This document shows, piece after piece, positions 27,206 through 36,820 of a stretch of DNA of 64,000 nt (the first letter of the stretch is position 1; every line of letters begins with the position of its first letter). The DNA is taken from IMG/VR virus record IMGVR_UViG_3300020424_000652; one strand, given 5' to 3'. The translations under genes and the position numbers were made by a program. Under the pieces are notes generated by a model that saw only the letters and a list, made by a program, of their open reading frames with translations, was not told the origin of the DNA and did no database searches. The stretch comes from a virus.

Positions 27206-28977
27206 TATGTCATTACCTCTACATCATTATCGTATGATGTAAATCCATTTTCTTTGATTACTTTCAACACGTTTGTAACACGACTTGCTAATTCTTCTTT
27301 GTGTGATATCAAATAAATGTTCTTTTGACGTTCTCTACCCATTTTCTTCAATACAGCAATAGCATTTTCTACACCATTTGCATCCATACCACTATCAACC
27401 AATTCATCAATAAACAATAGGTTGATGTTTTGATACAAACTTTCCCACACATCTCTAAATGCCCAACTCAATCCTAGTATTAATCTGTTTCTTTCACCTC
27501 TTGACAAGTTATCAAAGTCTAAATCTTGTCCTAGTTGTGTGATTTCAACAGTTAGATCATTTTTAAACACCACTGTGTGTGGAAGTTGTAGTCTATCCAA
27601 ATAATGTGTAAGTCTATTGTTTAGATATGCTAGATTTTGATCAATAATCTTCTTTCTAATGAAAGAATCTTTGTTTGTCAACAGCTTGTATAAAAAGTCT
27701 TGGTGATCCTTTGTGTCATTTAATTCATTAACGACATCCCAGTTTACTTCTTGTATTGCAGTTTTTTCTAAATCATCAATTTGTTCTGTGTATGGATCAA
27801 GTTCATCAGTCTTTTCTTTTAAACTTTGTTTCAAACTGTCAACGTTGCTTCTGTGTTGATATGCTTCTTTGGCAGTTTCATAAAATGTATTTGGCTTACT
27901 GTCAAGTTCGCCTATGTCTTCAATAAGTTTTTCAACCTTTTGCATTTTTTCAGCCATGCTTGTTTGATAAACGTGTGCATCACCATAATCTTTTTGCAGT
28001 TTATCTTTCATTTCTTCAAGTTTGTCATCATGCAAGTCTTGACCACAAGCATAACATTTCGCAGTTTCTAGTTCATCAAGTTGTTTACCAAGTTTGTTTA
28101 CATTATTATCAGCTTGTTCTAATGCACGTTCAACAGTTGCACGTTCTTTTCTTAAATTAGTAAGATGTTTACTGTTTTCTTCCCAAGTTTTAAGTTTTTC
28201 ATGATCTTCAAGTTCACTATCTATGTCAAGTTGCTCTAATTCACGTATTGCTTTTTCTAGTTTATCTCTGTCTTGTTTGTTTTGTGCAATCCAAGCCTTT
28301 TTTCTGCTGTGCAATCTTTCAATATTTTCTTTGATCTTATCATTGCTGTTTGTGATTGCTTGTATTCTTGCGTTTTCTTCTGTAAGTTTATCTCTTGTTA
28401 TTTTTGTTGCCTCTCTTAATAGATCAGCTTTTTCAGAAAGAATTGTAATACCAAGTAATTGTTCTATTATAGCACGTTGATCGTTTGGCTTTAGTGCTAA
28501 AAAGGGCTCTGTGTAAGTATTAAGTGCCACAATATGCTTGAACATATCATGACTCATACCTAACAAGTCATTTATATCGCCTTGTGTTTTACGTGAATCA
28601 CCTTGGCTTTCATCTGTAAGTTCTTGTTCTTTTTGATCTATGTAAAATTTAAGTGTGTTAGGTTTACGTCCTCTTTCTATTCTATAATCTTTGCCATTTT
28701 TAGTAAATGCAAGAGTAACTAACATACCTTTGTTGTTTGTTTTGTTTACAAGATTATCACGTCTAATGTTTGTAAGTGCTTGTCCGTAAAGTGCATAACT
28801 CAAAGCATTAATAATTGTTGTTTTACCTGTACCGTTACGTGATCCACTGTCGTCTCCACCTTGATCTAAGTTTTCACCTAACACCAATGTAAGTTGTTGC
28901 TTGTTGAAATCTACTGCCTGTGTTGTGTTACCAACACTCATAAAATTTTTAACTGTCAAATCTTGTATTCTAATCAT
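27205..28977 (-). CDS. gp46: Recombination endonuclease ATPase subunit (gp46, Rad50/SbcC-like)
   Basis: KNFMSVGN, Walker A NGTGKTT, zinc hook CYAC in a coiled coil, LSRGE signature, Walker B LLFIDE, ISH. Confidence 0.96.
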   Translation of the reverse strand: MIRIQDLTVKNFMSVGNTTQAVDFNKQQLTLVLGENLDQGGDDSGSRNGTGKTTIINALSYALYGQALTNIRRDNLVNKTNNKGMLVTLAFTKNGKDYRIERGRKPNTLKFYIDQKEQELTDESQGDSRKTQGDINDLLGMSHDMFKHIVALNTYTEPFLALKPNDQRAIIEQLLGITILSEKADLLREATKITRDKLTEENARIQAITNSNDKIKENIERLHSRKKAWIAQNKQDRDKLEKAIRELEQLDIDSELEDHEKLKTWEENSKHLTNLRKERATVERALEQADNNVNKLGKQLDELETAKCYACGQDLHDDKLEEMKDKLQKDYGDAHVYQTSMAEKMQKVEKLIEDIGELDSKPNTFYETAKEAYQHRSNVDSLKQSLKEKTDELDPYTEQIDDLEKTAIQEVNWDVVNELNDTKDHQDFLYKLLTNKDSFIRKKIIDQNLAYLNNRLTHYLDRLQLPHTVVFKNDLTVEITQLGQDLDFDNLSRGERNRLILGLSWAFRDVWESLYQNINLLFIDELVDSGMDANGVENAIAVLKKMGRERQKNIYLISHKEELASRVTNVLKVIKENGFTSYDNDVEVMT

Positions 28978-29986
28978 CTTTGTTTAGGTCTCTATAAATT
29001 TGCAACAATTTACCTTTGTTAAATTGTTCTGATTCAATTGCTTCAATCTCTTTTGCAACTATTTCATCAACACTTTCAAACTTTGTAATGTCGATATCTG
29101 AATTCATTTCTTCTTCTTGTGTGTTTGGTATTAAACTTATCTCTCTACAGTTGTACTGATTGATAAAAGTTTCTTTTATGAAGTTTGCTTCTTCATAACT
29201 AATAGGCAAATCAAGTGTAACTCTTAGATACATCTTAGATTTTAGTATAGTTTCTTTTTCATCAAGCAGTCTTGATAATTTTATTGTTCTATACTTGGGA
29301 CAATTCCACCAATTGATGTACTGCGGTTCTCCACCATGTTCTAGTATCATCATACCACGTTCATCATCCCACGCATCTGCGTAATTGTGTGGCAATGCGT
29401 TACCAATGTAATGCACAGGACCTTTGACTTGGCGTTTGTGGAAGTGTCCACTGAACACATATTCTTGATGTTTAAAGTGATCTGCTTGTAATTCACCAGT
29501 GTCTGGCATCTGAACCATTGCATTCATGTAAAAGTTAGGAAGTTCAAAGTGTCCAAAGATGTATTTGCTTTTTATTTTAGGAATCTTCTTCCATTCATCT
29601 CCAACCAACCACGGAATTAGTGTAACATCACCTTCTGTCATCATCTCATTTACCATTGTGATGCCTTCAATGTGTCTTGCAAAGTCTATGGAGTTGATAT
29701 CTCTTTTGTCTTTGTAGTATAAATCATGATTGCCAGGAAAGAAATAAAATTTTTCAAAAGCCTTGCCTAGCTTTTCAAGACTTCTAATAGTTGCGTCCAT
29801 GGTCAGCATATTCAAACTGTTTCTGTTGTGATGCCAGTCGCCACAAAAGATACCAGTTTCGCAACCGTTTTCTTTGGCTTGTTCTATATACCAATCAATA
29901 AATTCTTCACAGTCATCATTGTGAATTTTTGAATTAGACTTCAATCCAAAATGGATGTCTGTAAATACTGCCGCTTTCTTAAACAA
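28970..29986 (-). CDS. gp47: Recombination endonuclease nuclease subunit (gp47, Mre11/SbcD-like)
   Basis: DIHFG, GDWHH, GNHD, GHF and SGHFH metallophosphoesterase motifs; TTG start with GAGG RBS. Confidence 0.95.
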   Translation of the reverse strand: MFKKAAVFTDIHFGLKSNSKIHNDDCEEFIDWYIEQAKENGCETGIFCGDWHHNRNSLNMLTMDATIRSLEKLGKAFEKFYFFPGNHDLYYKDKRDINSIDFARHIEGITMVNEMMTEGDVTLIPWLVGDEWKKIPKIKSKYIFGHFELPNFYMNAMVQMPDTGELQADHFKHQEYVFSGHFHKRQVKGPVHYIGNALPHNYADAWDDERGMMILEHGGEPQYINWWNCPKYRTIKLSRLLDEKETILKSKMYLRVTLDLPISYEEANFIKETFINQYNCREISLIPNTQEEEMNSDIDITKFESVDEIVAKEIEAIESEQFNKGKLLQIYRDLNKDD

Positions 29987-30008
29987 AATATTTCCTCGCG
30001 ATTATCAT

Positions 30009-30037
30009 AGTGTACACGAAATAAGTGTATTTGTCAA
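30009..30037 (-). promoter_or_regulatory. sigma70 promoter TTGACA-17-TACACT for gp47-gp46
   Basis: Consensus -35 and exact spacing. Confidence 0.7.
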
Positions 30038-30045
30038 ATACTTCC

Positions 30046-30876
30046 TTATTCTTTTTCTGTTGTTTTGTTTGCTTCTTTAACTTGTCTTTCCCAAGTGCCT
30101 TGGTTCTGTCTAGTAAAAGATGGATTCATGTGATTCATTTCTAGTATATCGTCACGTATGTTTTGATTACGTTTTTCAATATTAATGATTCTCACAAACG
30201 AATTTGTTACCGCCGCTGTGTAATATGCAAAAGGATTATTTGATTTTGATTCATCAAATTGCAAACCTATCTGTGTAAGTTGGAGAATAGCTTGTCCTTT
30301 CATTTCATCATTGTATGTGTAACCTCTAACGTTACCTCTTGTTGCATATCTTTCACACAACTTCATCCACATCAATGCAAGTTTGTTAGTTGCCATTCCG
30401 TGGCTTTTATTGAAGCTACCATTTGACATTCCGCCTTCCCAATGGCTTTTGCCCACACATATCAATTCATCTTTTTCATTGAATTTGAAATGTTGGAATG
30501 GTGGAAAGTTCAATTTTACCTTTGTATCAGCTACGTTTTTTGGATTTTTCTTTCTACCTTTTTCTTCTGGAATGTGATCATACGTCATAATTCGGAAAAC
30601 AACATCAGTTTTTGCTATTTTTCTGTAGTCTACGGCACAATCAGCCTGCTTGACACGTTCACCTGCTTCTTTCCTTTGCTCATATTCCTGCAAACCAAGC
30701 CGTTTTGCCTTGTTTCTTTTGGCATCTGCTATGGTTCTGATGTTTATTTTGTCTATACTTGGTAGGATTATGTCATAACGTGCAAAATCGTCGTCTGTGT
30801 AACTGCAAAACGTGTTCTTTGACTTATGTATCTCCGCCAGTATATCTCTGTTATTGAGATAGTTTACTCTCTTCAT
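30046..30876 (-). CDS. gp55: Late transcription sigma factor (gp55); probable start is ATG 30876 rather than TTG 30888
   Basis: NYLNNRDIL, RGYTYNDEM, FDESKSNNPFAYYT....NSFVRIINIEK motifs; synteny gp55-gp47-gp46; GGAG RBS before 30876. Confidence 0.88.
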   Translation of the reverse strand: MKRVNYLNNRDILAEIHKSKNTFCSYTDDDFARYDIILPSIDKINIRTIADAKRNKAKRLGLQEYEQRKEAGERVKQADCAVDYRKIAKTDVVFRIMTYDHIPEEKGRKKNPKNVADTKVKLNFPPFQHFKFNEKDELICVGKSHWEGGMSNGSFNKSHGMATNKLALMWMKLCERYATRGNVRGYTYNDEMKGQAILQLTQIGLQFDESKSNNPFAYYTAAVTNSFVRIINIEKRNQNIRDDILEMNHMNPSFTRQNQGTWERQVKEANKTTEKE

Positions 30877-30932
30877 TGTATTCTCCAAATATTCCGAGTT
30901 ATAGACGGGGATGTCTTAAGTAAATAAATATT

Positions 30933-30961
30933 ATTATAAACTACGCACATAACTTTGTCAA
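30933..30961 (-). promoter_or_regulatory. Perfect sigma70 promoter TTGACA-17-TATAAT for gp55
   Basis: Exact consensus at both boxes. Confidence 0.85.
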
Positions 30962-30968
30962 CTAAATA
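30942..30968 (+). promoter_or_regulatory. Late promoter CTAAATA with TACGCAC 13 nt upstream
   Basis: Precedes the baseplate operon; a second ATAAATA lies at 30924-30930. Confidence 0.55.
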
Positions 30969-30988
30969 TATGTAAGGAGTTAGCCAAA

Positions 30989-31945
30989 ATGACTACATTT
31001 AGAAACGGAAAAATATCAAAAGACAATATTGTTCGTGCAGATGGTTTCACTGACCGTGAACGTGCCAACGAATTTGATCTTGGTAACAAGCCAGTTGGAT
31101 CTGATCCATCAGCTAATGGTTTCTTTAACGGCAAAGACCCGTTTGTAAATGGAGTTAAGGACTTTTTCAATCCTAGTGAATTAGCAAAAAGTATACGCAG
31201 TAAAAATGCTCCTGTAGACGGTATAGGTAATGTACAAAAAGCTAAGGAATCTGCACCAGCAGGTTTCAAAAAATCAACGGAACAAGACTGGCGAGTAAAA
31301 TTAAGTATTCCCACTATTGAACCTTTTAAATCCTCTGCCTTGTTGGCGCCTTTAAGACACACTGGCGGTTTAGTTTTTCCATACACACCTTCAATCATTG
31401 TATCGCATAGTGCAAACTACAATGCTATTGCCCCTACACATACTAATTATCCTTACTATGCTTATCAAAACTCACAAGTGGATCAGTTGGTTATCACTGG
31501 CGACTTTTTTGTACAGAATGGATTAGAAGCACAATATTGGGTGGCGGCTTTACATTACTTAAGAAGTATGTCAAAGATGTTCTTTGGAGGAGAAGCTGAC
31601 ACAATTGGTGCACCTCCGCCTATAGCAAAACTAAACGGATATGGAGATCACATTTTCAATAACGTTCCTGTAATTGTAACACAGTTTACAACTGACTTGC
31701 CGCAAGACGTTGATTACATAGCAACAGGTTTTTCAACAGGCAAGGAACAAAAACGTCAAGTTGGTCCACAAGGAAGATACACAGAAACTTATTCCGACGG
31801 AAAACTTATGACAGGATGGGCACCTACACAATCATTAATTACTGTAACTGTACAACCAGTCTACTCAAGAAGCGAGATTGCACAGTTCAGCTTAAACAAA
31901 TATGTCAATGGTGGATACATTGCCGATGGTAAAGGATTTATTTAA
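30989..31945 (+). CDS. Baseplate tail-tube initiator/cap protein (gp48/gp54-like)
   Basis: GLVFPYTPSI, H.NY, G.PPPIAKLNGYG..IFNNVPVIV..F..DLP.DVDYI tube-fold motifs; precedes the gp53-like gene. Confidence 0.65.
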   Translation: MTTFRNGKISKDNIVRADGFTDRERANEFDLGNKPVGSDPSANGFFNGKDPFVNGVKDFFNPSELAKSIRSKNAPVDGIGNVQKAKESAPAGFKKSTEQDWRVKLSIPTIEPFKSSALLAPLRHTGGLVFPYTPSIIVSHSANYNAIAPTHTNYPYYAYQNSQVDQLVITGDFFVQNGLEAQYWVAALHYLRSMSKMFFGGEADTIGAPPPIAKLNGYGDHIFNNVPVIVTQFTTDLPQDVDYIATGFSTGKEQKRQVGPQGRYTETYSDGKLMTGWAPTQSLITVTVQPVYSRSEIAQFSLNKYVNGGYIADGKGFI

Positions 31946-32250
31946 TGCCAAATTACAGAGAGTCAAGTCCTTATGCTGACACAAATTATAATGAGACTAA
32001 TGCTTACTTAGATCATTTTAGGGTCAGACCCATTCCAGCTTCAAGCGATGATGTTGTGTATCAGATAGAACCACAATACCATCAAAGACCAGATTTGTTT
32101 GCTTATGACATATACAACAATCCAAATCTATGGTGGGTGTTTTGTCAACGTAACATGGACACGATGGAAGATCCTATATATGATTTTAAATCTGGATCTA
32201 AAATTTATGTTCCAAAAGGGGCCGCATTAAAGAATATACTAGGAGTATAG
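31945..32250 (+). CDS. gp53: Baseplate wedge LysM-type protein (gp53-like)
   Basis: RPDLFAYDIYNNPNLWWVF...N......PIYDF..G..IYVP. Confidence 0.8.
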   Translation: MPNYRESSPYADTNYNETNAYLDHFRVRPIPASSDDVVYQIEPQYHQRPDLFAYDIYNNPNLWWVFCQRNMDTMEDPIYDFKSGSKIYVPKGAALKNILGV

Positions 32251-32253
32251 GCT

Positions 32254-34764
32254 ATGAGTGAAAGAATTATAGTTGACCTAGACAGAGCTGGCAAACTAGA
32301 AAGCGAAATAGAAAAAAAATTACAAAGCGGACAGTCCATTGGAAGTGTCATGGACGAATCTCTTGCAGTCGTAAAAAACGAAATATTCCAAACAGAAGAA
32401 CTAGGTGGTTCAGCAACAATAGATGTTGATTCAATTGTTGATGGTAGTACAAGTTCTTACACAGGAGCAACCACAACTAATAAAAAAGTAATTGCCAAGC
32501 AAAACACAGAAGAAGTTGTGCTTGATGACATAGACTATGACGCTAGTTTTAGAAAAATGCGTGATCACAAAGTTGATACAATAAATTTAGTTGAAAACGT
32601 GTTACACAAATATAGATCTTTCAACACAATATGGTCAATGTTTTGTCTTACACCAGAAGAAATGGCAGATCCAGACAACACATACATGACTAGCGAACCA
32701 CAAACTGTTTTAATTAGAGGTGCAGGTGGAATAGGAAATTATCAAAGTGAAAGACGTCCTAAAACAAGATTAGAAAGAGCAGGCGGCAAAGTTGAATATT
32801 ACATAGAAGATGTAAACATCAAATCAATAATAGGATCAAGTGGTCCAACCAGAATGCCTCCTGTGCATAATTTTAATTTTACTGTCAAAGAACCTTACAG
32901 CATGGGACAGTTTTTAGAATTATTACAGATTTCAGCCATGCAGGCAGGTTATGAAACTTACATTGGATCGCCATTTTGTTTGATGTGCGAATTTATTGGA
33001 CACACAGACGATGACAAAACAGAAAGGGCTGGAAGAAGATTCTTTCCTATCCTTTTAAGTCAGTCCAATATGACTGTTGATGCGGGAGGTTGTGTATATG
33101 AAATACCAGCCATAACAACATCAATGGGAACCAATGCTGATAGTGTGCAAACAATTAAACAAGATATCACTATCATAGGTGGAACTGTAGAAGAAGCATT
33201 ACAAAGTGGATCACAAAGTTTAACAAGAGTTATTAATAGTGCATTACTAGATAGGGAAACAAAAGAAGAAACAACTTTCTCTGACGAATACATTATATTA
33301 TTTCCAAAATCAAAAGATCTTTCAAGTCGTAAGTTTAAAGGTGAACAGCAGGGAGATTCAGAAACATCTGCAACTTATGATCCTGAAAAAGAATATGCTT
33401 CAAGATACGGAGAAACCACAAGTGTGAGACAGGTTGATTATGAGACTTGGGTAAAAAACGTAACAGGATTTGCTGTGAAAAGATCAAAAACTTCAGATGC
33501 ACTCAAAGCCAACTCTTTAAAACAAGAAAACATAAATCAAATTGGTCAAGGAAAATTATTAACAGACAAGCTAGGTAAAGGTGGCATACGTCCTGGAAAT
33601 TACTATGCAAGTTATGACAAAGAAAAAAATGTATTTGAACAAGGGGCAATAAGCATTCCACAGGACAAGAGAGCATTCAAGTTTGAAAAAGGAACAAAAC
33701 TAAATCAAATTATCGAAGAGATGGTTGTGTCCAGTGAATGGGCTAAAAGCATTACAGATAAAGCAACTGACCCAGAAGGATTTAGAGATTGGTTTACAAT
33801 TCAAACAAAGATGTATTTTGTTCCTGTCAAAGACACAGCAGTTAAAAAAGGAAGAATGCCACGCATATATGTTTTCCAAGTTATTCCTTTCAAAGTACAC
33901 AGTTCAATTTGGCAGGCACCAACAGAGCCATCAAAAGGAACAAAGGAAATATATAGAAAACTTTCAAAGGTTTACAATTATCTGTACACAGGAAGAAACA
34001 AAGATGTATTAGAGTTTGACATCAGATACAACACAAGATTTTTAACAAATGCTCCACTTACCAAAGGTAAAGACACAGCACAACAACAAGACAAAGGTGA
34101 TTCAGCAACAAGTCAACAAAATCCTGATGAACAAAACATTACACAAAAAGAAGGTAAGAAGGAAGAAGAAAGAGTTTATCCTGTCAAGAATTTACAGGAC
34201 AGTGACATACAAGTTATTACTTCTGGTATGCGTGGTACAGATGCAAGTACCAAAGACATTATCGCAAGGGAGTTTCATCAAGCATTGATCAATTCAAACG
34301 TGGACTTGGTAAGATGTAGATTAAAGATAATGGGCGATCCTTGGTTTCTTTCTGACAGTGGCATGGGCAACTATCAAGCAGAAAGCAGTCCTATCATATT
34401 CAACACCAAAGACAGAACCATGGATTATGTGAGAGGATTTGTATACATTGGACTAAACTTTAGAACACCATATGATTACAGCAACAGAGGAATACTTGAA
34501 GGCGGAATGGTAGGAGGAGATTCTCTCAAAGTTCCACAGTTCAGTGGCTTGTATAGGGTAACTAAAGTTGAGCATGACTTTAGTGAAGGTCAGTTCACAC
34601 AGACACTTGAAATACTGAGACAAATGAATCAAACAGGAATTGATACCAAACAAAGTTCAGATTCAGCTCAGGACATAGGTGGTAATGTAAAAGGCAAAGA
34701 TGAAAGCAAGGAAGAAAAATTACCAGGATCATATCAAGATGCTAGTGGAGGAGTATTTGTATAA
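32254..34764 (+). CDS. Baseplate hub protein (gp27-like, 836 aa)
   Basis: L.IMGDPWFL and FSGLYRVTKVEHDFSEGQFTQTLE C-terminal hub motifs; located between gp53 and gp5. Confidence 0.7.
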   Translation: MSERIIVDLDRAGKLESEIEKKLQSGQSIGSVMDESLAVVKNEIFQTEELGGSATIDVDSIVDGSTSSYTGATTTNKKVIAKQNTEEVVLDDIDYDASFRKMRDHKVDTINLVENVLHKYRSFNTIWSMFCLTPEEMADPDNTYMTSEPQTVLIRGAGGIGNYQSERRPKTRLERAGGKVEYYIEDVNIKSIIGSSGPTRMPPVHNFNFTVKEPYSMGQFLELLQISAMQAGYETYIGSPFCLMCEFIGHTDDDKTERAGRRFFPILLSQSNMTVDAGGCVYEIPAITTSMGTNADSVQTIKQDITIIGGTVEEALQSGSQSLTRVINSALLDRETKEETTFSDEYIILFPKSKDLSSRKFKGEQQGDSETSATYDPEKEYASRYGETTSVRQVDYETWVKNVTGFAVKRSKTSDALKANSLKQENINQIGQGKLLTDKLGKGGIRPGNYYASYDKEKNVFEQGAISIPQDKRAFKFEKGTKLNQIIEEMVVSSEWAKSITDKATDPEGFRDWFTIQTKMYFVPVKDTAVKKGRMPRIYVFQVIPFKVHSSIWQAPTEPSKGTKEIYRKLSKVYNYLYTGRNKDVLEFDIRYNTRFLTNAPLTKGKDTAQQQDKGDSATSQQNPDEQNITQKEGKKEEERVYPVKNLQDSDIQVITSGMRGTDASTKDIIAREFHQALINSNVDLVRCRLKIMGDPWFLSDSGMGNYQAESSPIIFNTKDRTMDYVRGFVYIGLNFRTPYDYSNRGILEGGMVGGDSLKVPQFSGLYRVTKVEHDFSEGQFTQTLEILRQMNQTGIDTKQSSDSAQDIGGNVKGKDESKEEKLPGSYQDASGGVFV

Positions 34765-36329
34765 TGGGTGACCTTCCACAAAAGAATACCAACATAGATA
34801 GAAACTCCAAGCACACAACCGTGGTTGCAAAACCAGGTCCATATGAAGCAAGGGTAATCAACAATCTTGATCCTGAATACCAAGGAGCTCTCACTGTACA
34901 GCTTTTGAAAACCAACACCAGTGGTAACGTTAACTTTGCAGAAGGTCAAGTTTATATTGCCAGATACCTTTCACCGTTTGCAGGACAAACACCATCTTGG
35001 GGTACAACAAAAAATGATACCTACAAGGATGGACAACAAAGTTATGGTATGTGGTTTGTGCCACCAGATGTAGGCACAAAGGTATTGGTGATATTTGCTG
35101 AGGGAAATCCTAATCTGTGTTATTGGTTGGGTTGTGTTAATGACAAGTTCATGAACCATTCCGTTCCAGATCATGCGGCATCAACTTTCACAACTGACGG
35201 CACACCAGATGATCTCAAGGGTAAAAAATTACCAGTAACAGAATACAACAAACAGATTGAGACTGGTTCAGGCATTGATCCTACAAAATTTAAAAAGCCA
35301 TATCAAAAATTGATAACGGAAACATTACAAGCACAGGGCTTGTTGGAAGATGAAACACGTGGTATCACAACATCAAGTGCAAGGAGAGAAGTTCCAAGTG
35401 CGGTGTTTGGAATATCCACTCCAGGACCTGTGGACAAGACCAGCGGATCACCAAAGGTCAGAGTTGGTACAAACGAAAACTTTAACAACATATTCAAGGC
35501 AAGATTGGGCGGAACGTCATTAACATTTGATGATGGAAATGATAAATTTTTAAGAAAAAAATCTCCAAGTGAAGAATCACCAGACTATGCAAATGTAAAT
35601 GTTGGTGAAACTGATGGTGATGTAACAAGACCACACAACGAGTTGGTACGTTTGCGTACACGTACAGGACATCAAATACTTTTACACAACACAGAAGACT
35701 TGATATACATTGGCAACAGCAGAGGTACTGCTTGGATTGAATTAACTTCAGACGGTAAGATTGATATATTTGCAGAAGACTCAATCAGTATGCACACCAA
35801 GAATGATTTCAATCTTACAGCAGACAGAAACTTTACCATTGAAGCGGGTGCTAATTTAAGTTTGAAAGCATCAGGTGATTATGTGGGAGACAAGATCCTC
35901 AAAGGAAGGGTACAGATAGAATCAAACAAAAACACAAACATACTTGTAGGCGGTAGCACAAAGATCACAACAACTTCAGACTTTGATGTAAACACAGGTG
36001 GAGCAAACAAACTTACAGCAGGAAGTACAACTGACATACTCAGCGGAGGCAACCATACAGAAACCGCTACCGAAATCCATATGAATGGACCGCAGGCGGC
36101 TACGGCCGCTGTCGCGTCCGCTCTGTCTACGCACCGCGTACCGGGTCATACGACCTACGGTATTCTTTCACAACGTTCTCCACAAGCTGAACCTTGGTCA
36201 CATCATGAGAACTTGAACCCGTTAGCATTTAAAGTTGCTGTAACTGATAGAGATTTGGTCACAACAGTGGCAAATCCATTACCAACACCAACTACTCCAG
36301 ACGTATTCAAAAAGGAGTTTAAAGCATAG
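34764..36329 (+). CDS. gp5: Baseplate central spike (gp5-like), no lysozyme domain
   Basis: OB-fold YGMWFVPPDVGTKVLVIF.EG; RTRTGHQILL, beta-helix repeats, IHMNGP. Confidence 0.85.
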   Translation: MGDLPQKNTNIDRNSKHTTVVAKPGPYEARVINNLDPEYQGALTVQLLKTNTSGNVNFAEGQVYIARYLSPFAGQTPSWGTTKNDTYKDGQQSYGMWFVPPDVGTKVLVIFAEGNPNLCYWLGCVNDKFMNHSVPDHAASTFTTDGTPDDLKGKKLPVTEYNKQIETGSGIDPTKFKKPYQKLITETLQAQGLLEDETRGITTSSARREVPSAVFGISTPGPVDKTSGSPKVRVGTNENFNNIFKARLGGTSLTFDDGNDKFLRKKSPSEESPDYANVNVGETDGDVTRPHNELVRLRTRTGHQILLHNTEDLIYIGNSRGTAWIELTSDGKIDIFAEDSISMHTKNDFNLTADRNFTIEAGANLSLKASGDYVGDKILKGRVQIESNKNTNILVGGSTKITTTSDFDVNTGGANKLTAGSTTDILSGGNHTETATEIHMNGPQAATAAVASALSTHRVPGHTTYGILSQRSPQAEPWSHHENLNPLAFKVAVTDRDLVTTVANPLPTPTTPDVFKKEFKA

Positions 36330-36341
36330 GTAAATATTGAT

Positions 36342-36773
36342 ATGGCAGAGTTATACAAAAAAATTACAGTTCCTTCAGGAGAAAACATACAACCAACTAC
36401 AACTAACCGTGCCTATAAAGGTATAAGCACAGTAAATCCTGAGAACAACAGCAAATCATTGTTTGATATAGCATTGATAAAACAAGACATCATTAATAGT
36501 TTTCATATCAAACAGGGCGAAAAGCTGATGAATCCAGAATTTGGAACCATTATATGGGATGCCATACACGAGCCACTGACAGAAGATTTAAAAGAAGCAA
36601 TAGCAAAAAATGTAAGTGATATTATTAATAGCGATCCTCGTGTAGTTGCAGGTACCATAGAGTGTGACAGTTACGAGAGCGGAATACTAATTGACGTAGA
36701 TTTGACATATCTACCATACAATATTTCGGAACGTTTGAGACTTAAATTTGACGAAGATGCTGGACAGTTTTAA
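36342..36773 (+). CDS. gp25: Baseplate wedge subunit (gp25-like)
   Basis: GEKLMNPEFG..IW..IHEPL...DPRV. Confidence 0.9.
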   Translation: MAELYKKITVPSGENIQPTTTNRAYKGISTVNPENNSKSLFDIALIKQDIINSFHIKQGEKLMNPEFGTIIWDAIHEPLTEDLKEAIAKNVSDIINSDPRVVAGTIECDSYESGILIDVDLTYLPYNISERLRLKFDEDAGQF

Positions 36774-36774
36774 G

Positions 36775-36801
36775 TACGCACTTAATGGATTAAAATAAAT
36801 A
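36775..36801 (+). promoter_or_regulatory. Late promoter ATAAATA with TACGCAC 13 nt upstream
   Basis: In the gap before gp6. Confidence 0.65.
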
Positions 36802-36820
36802 CTTATAATAAGGAAAGCAA

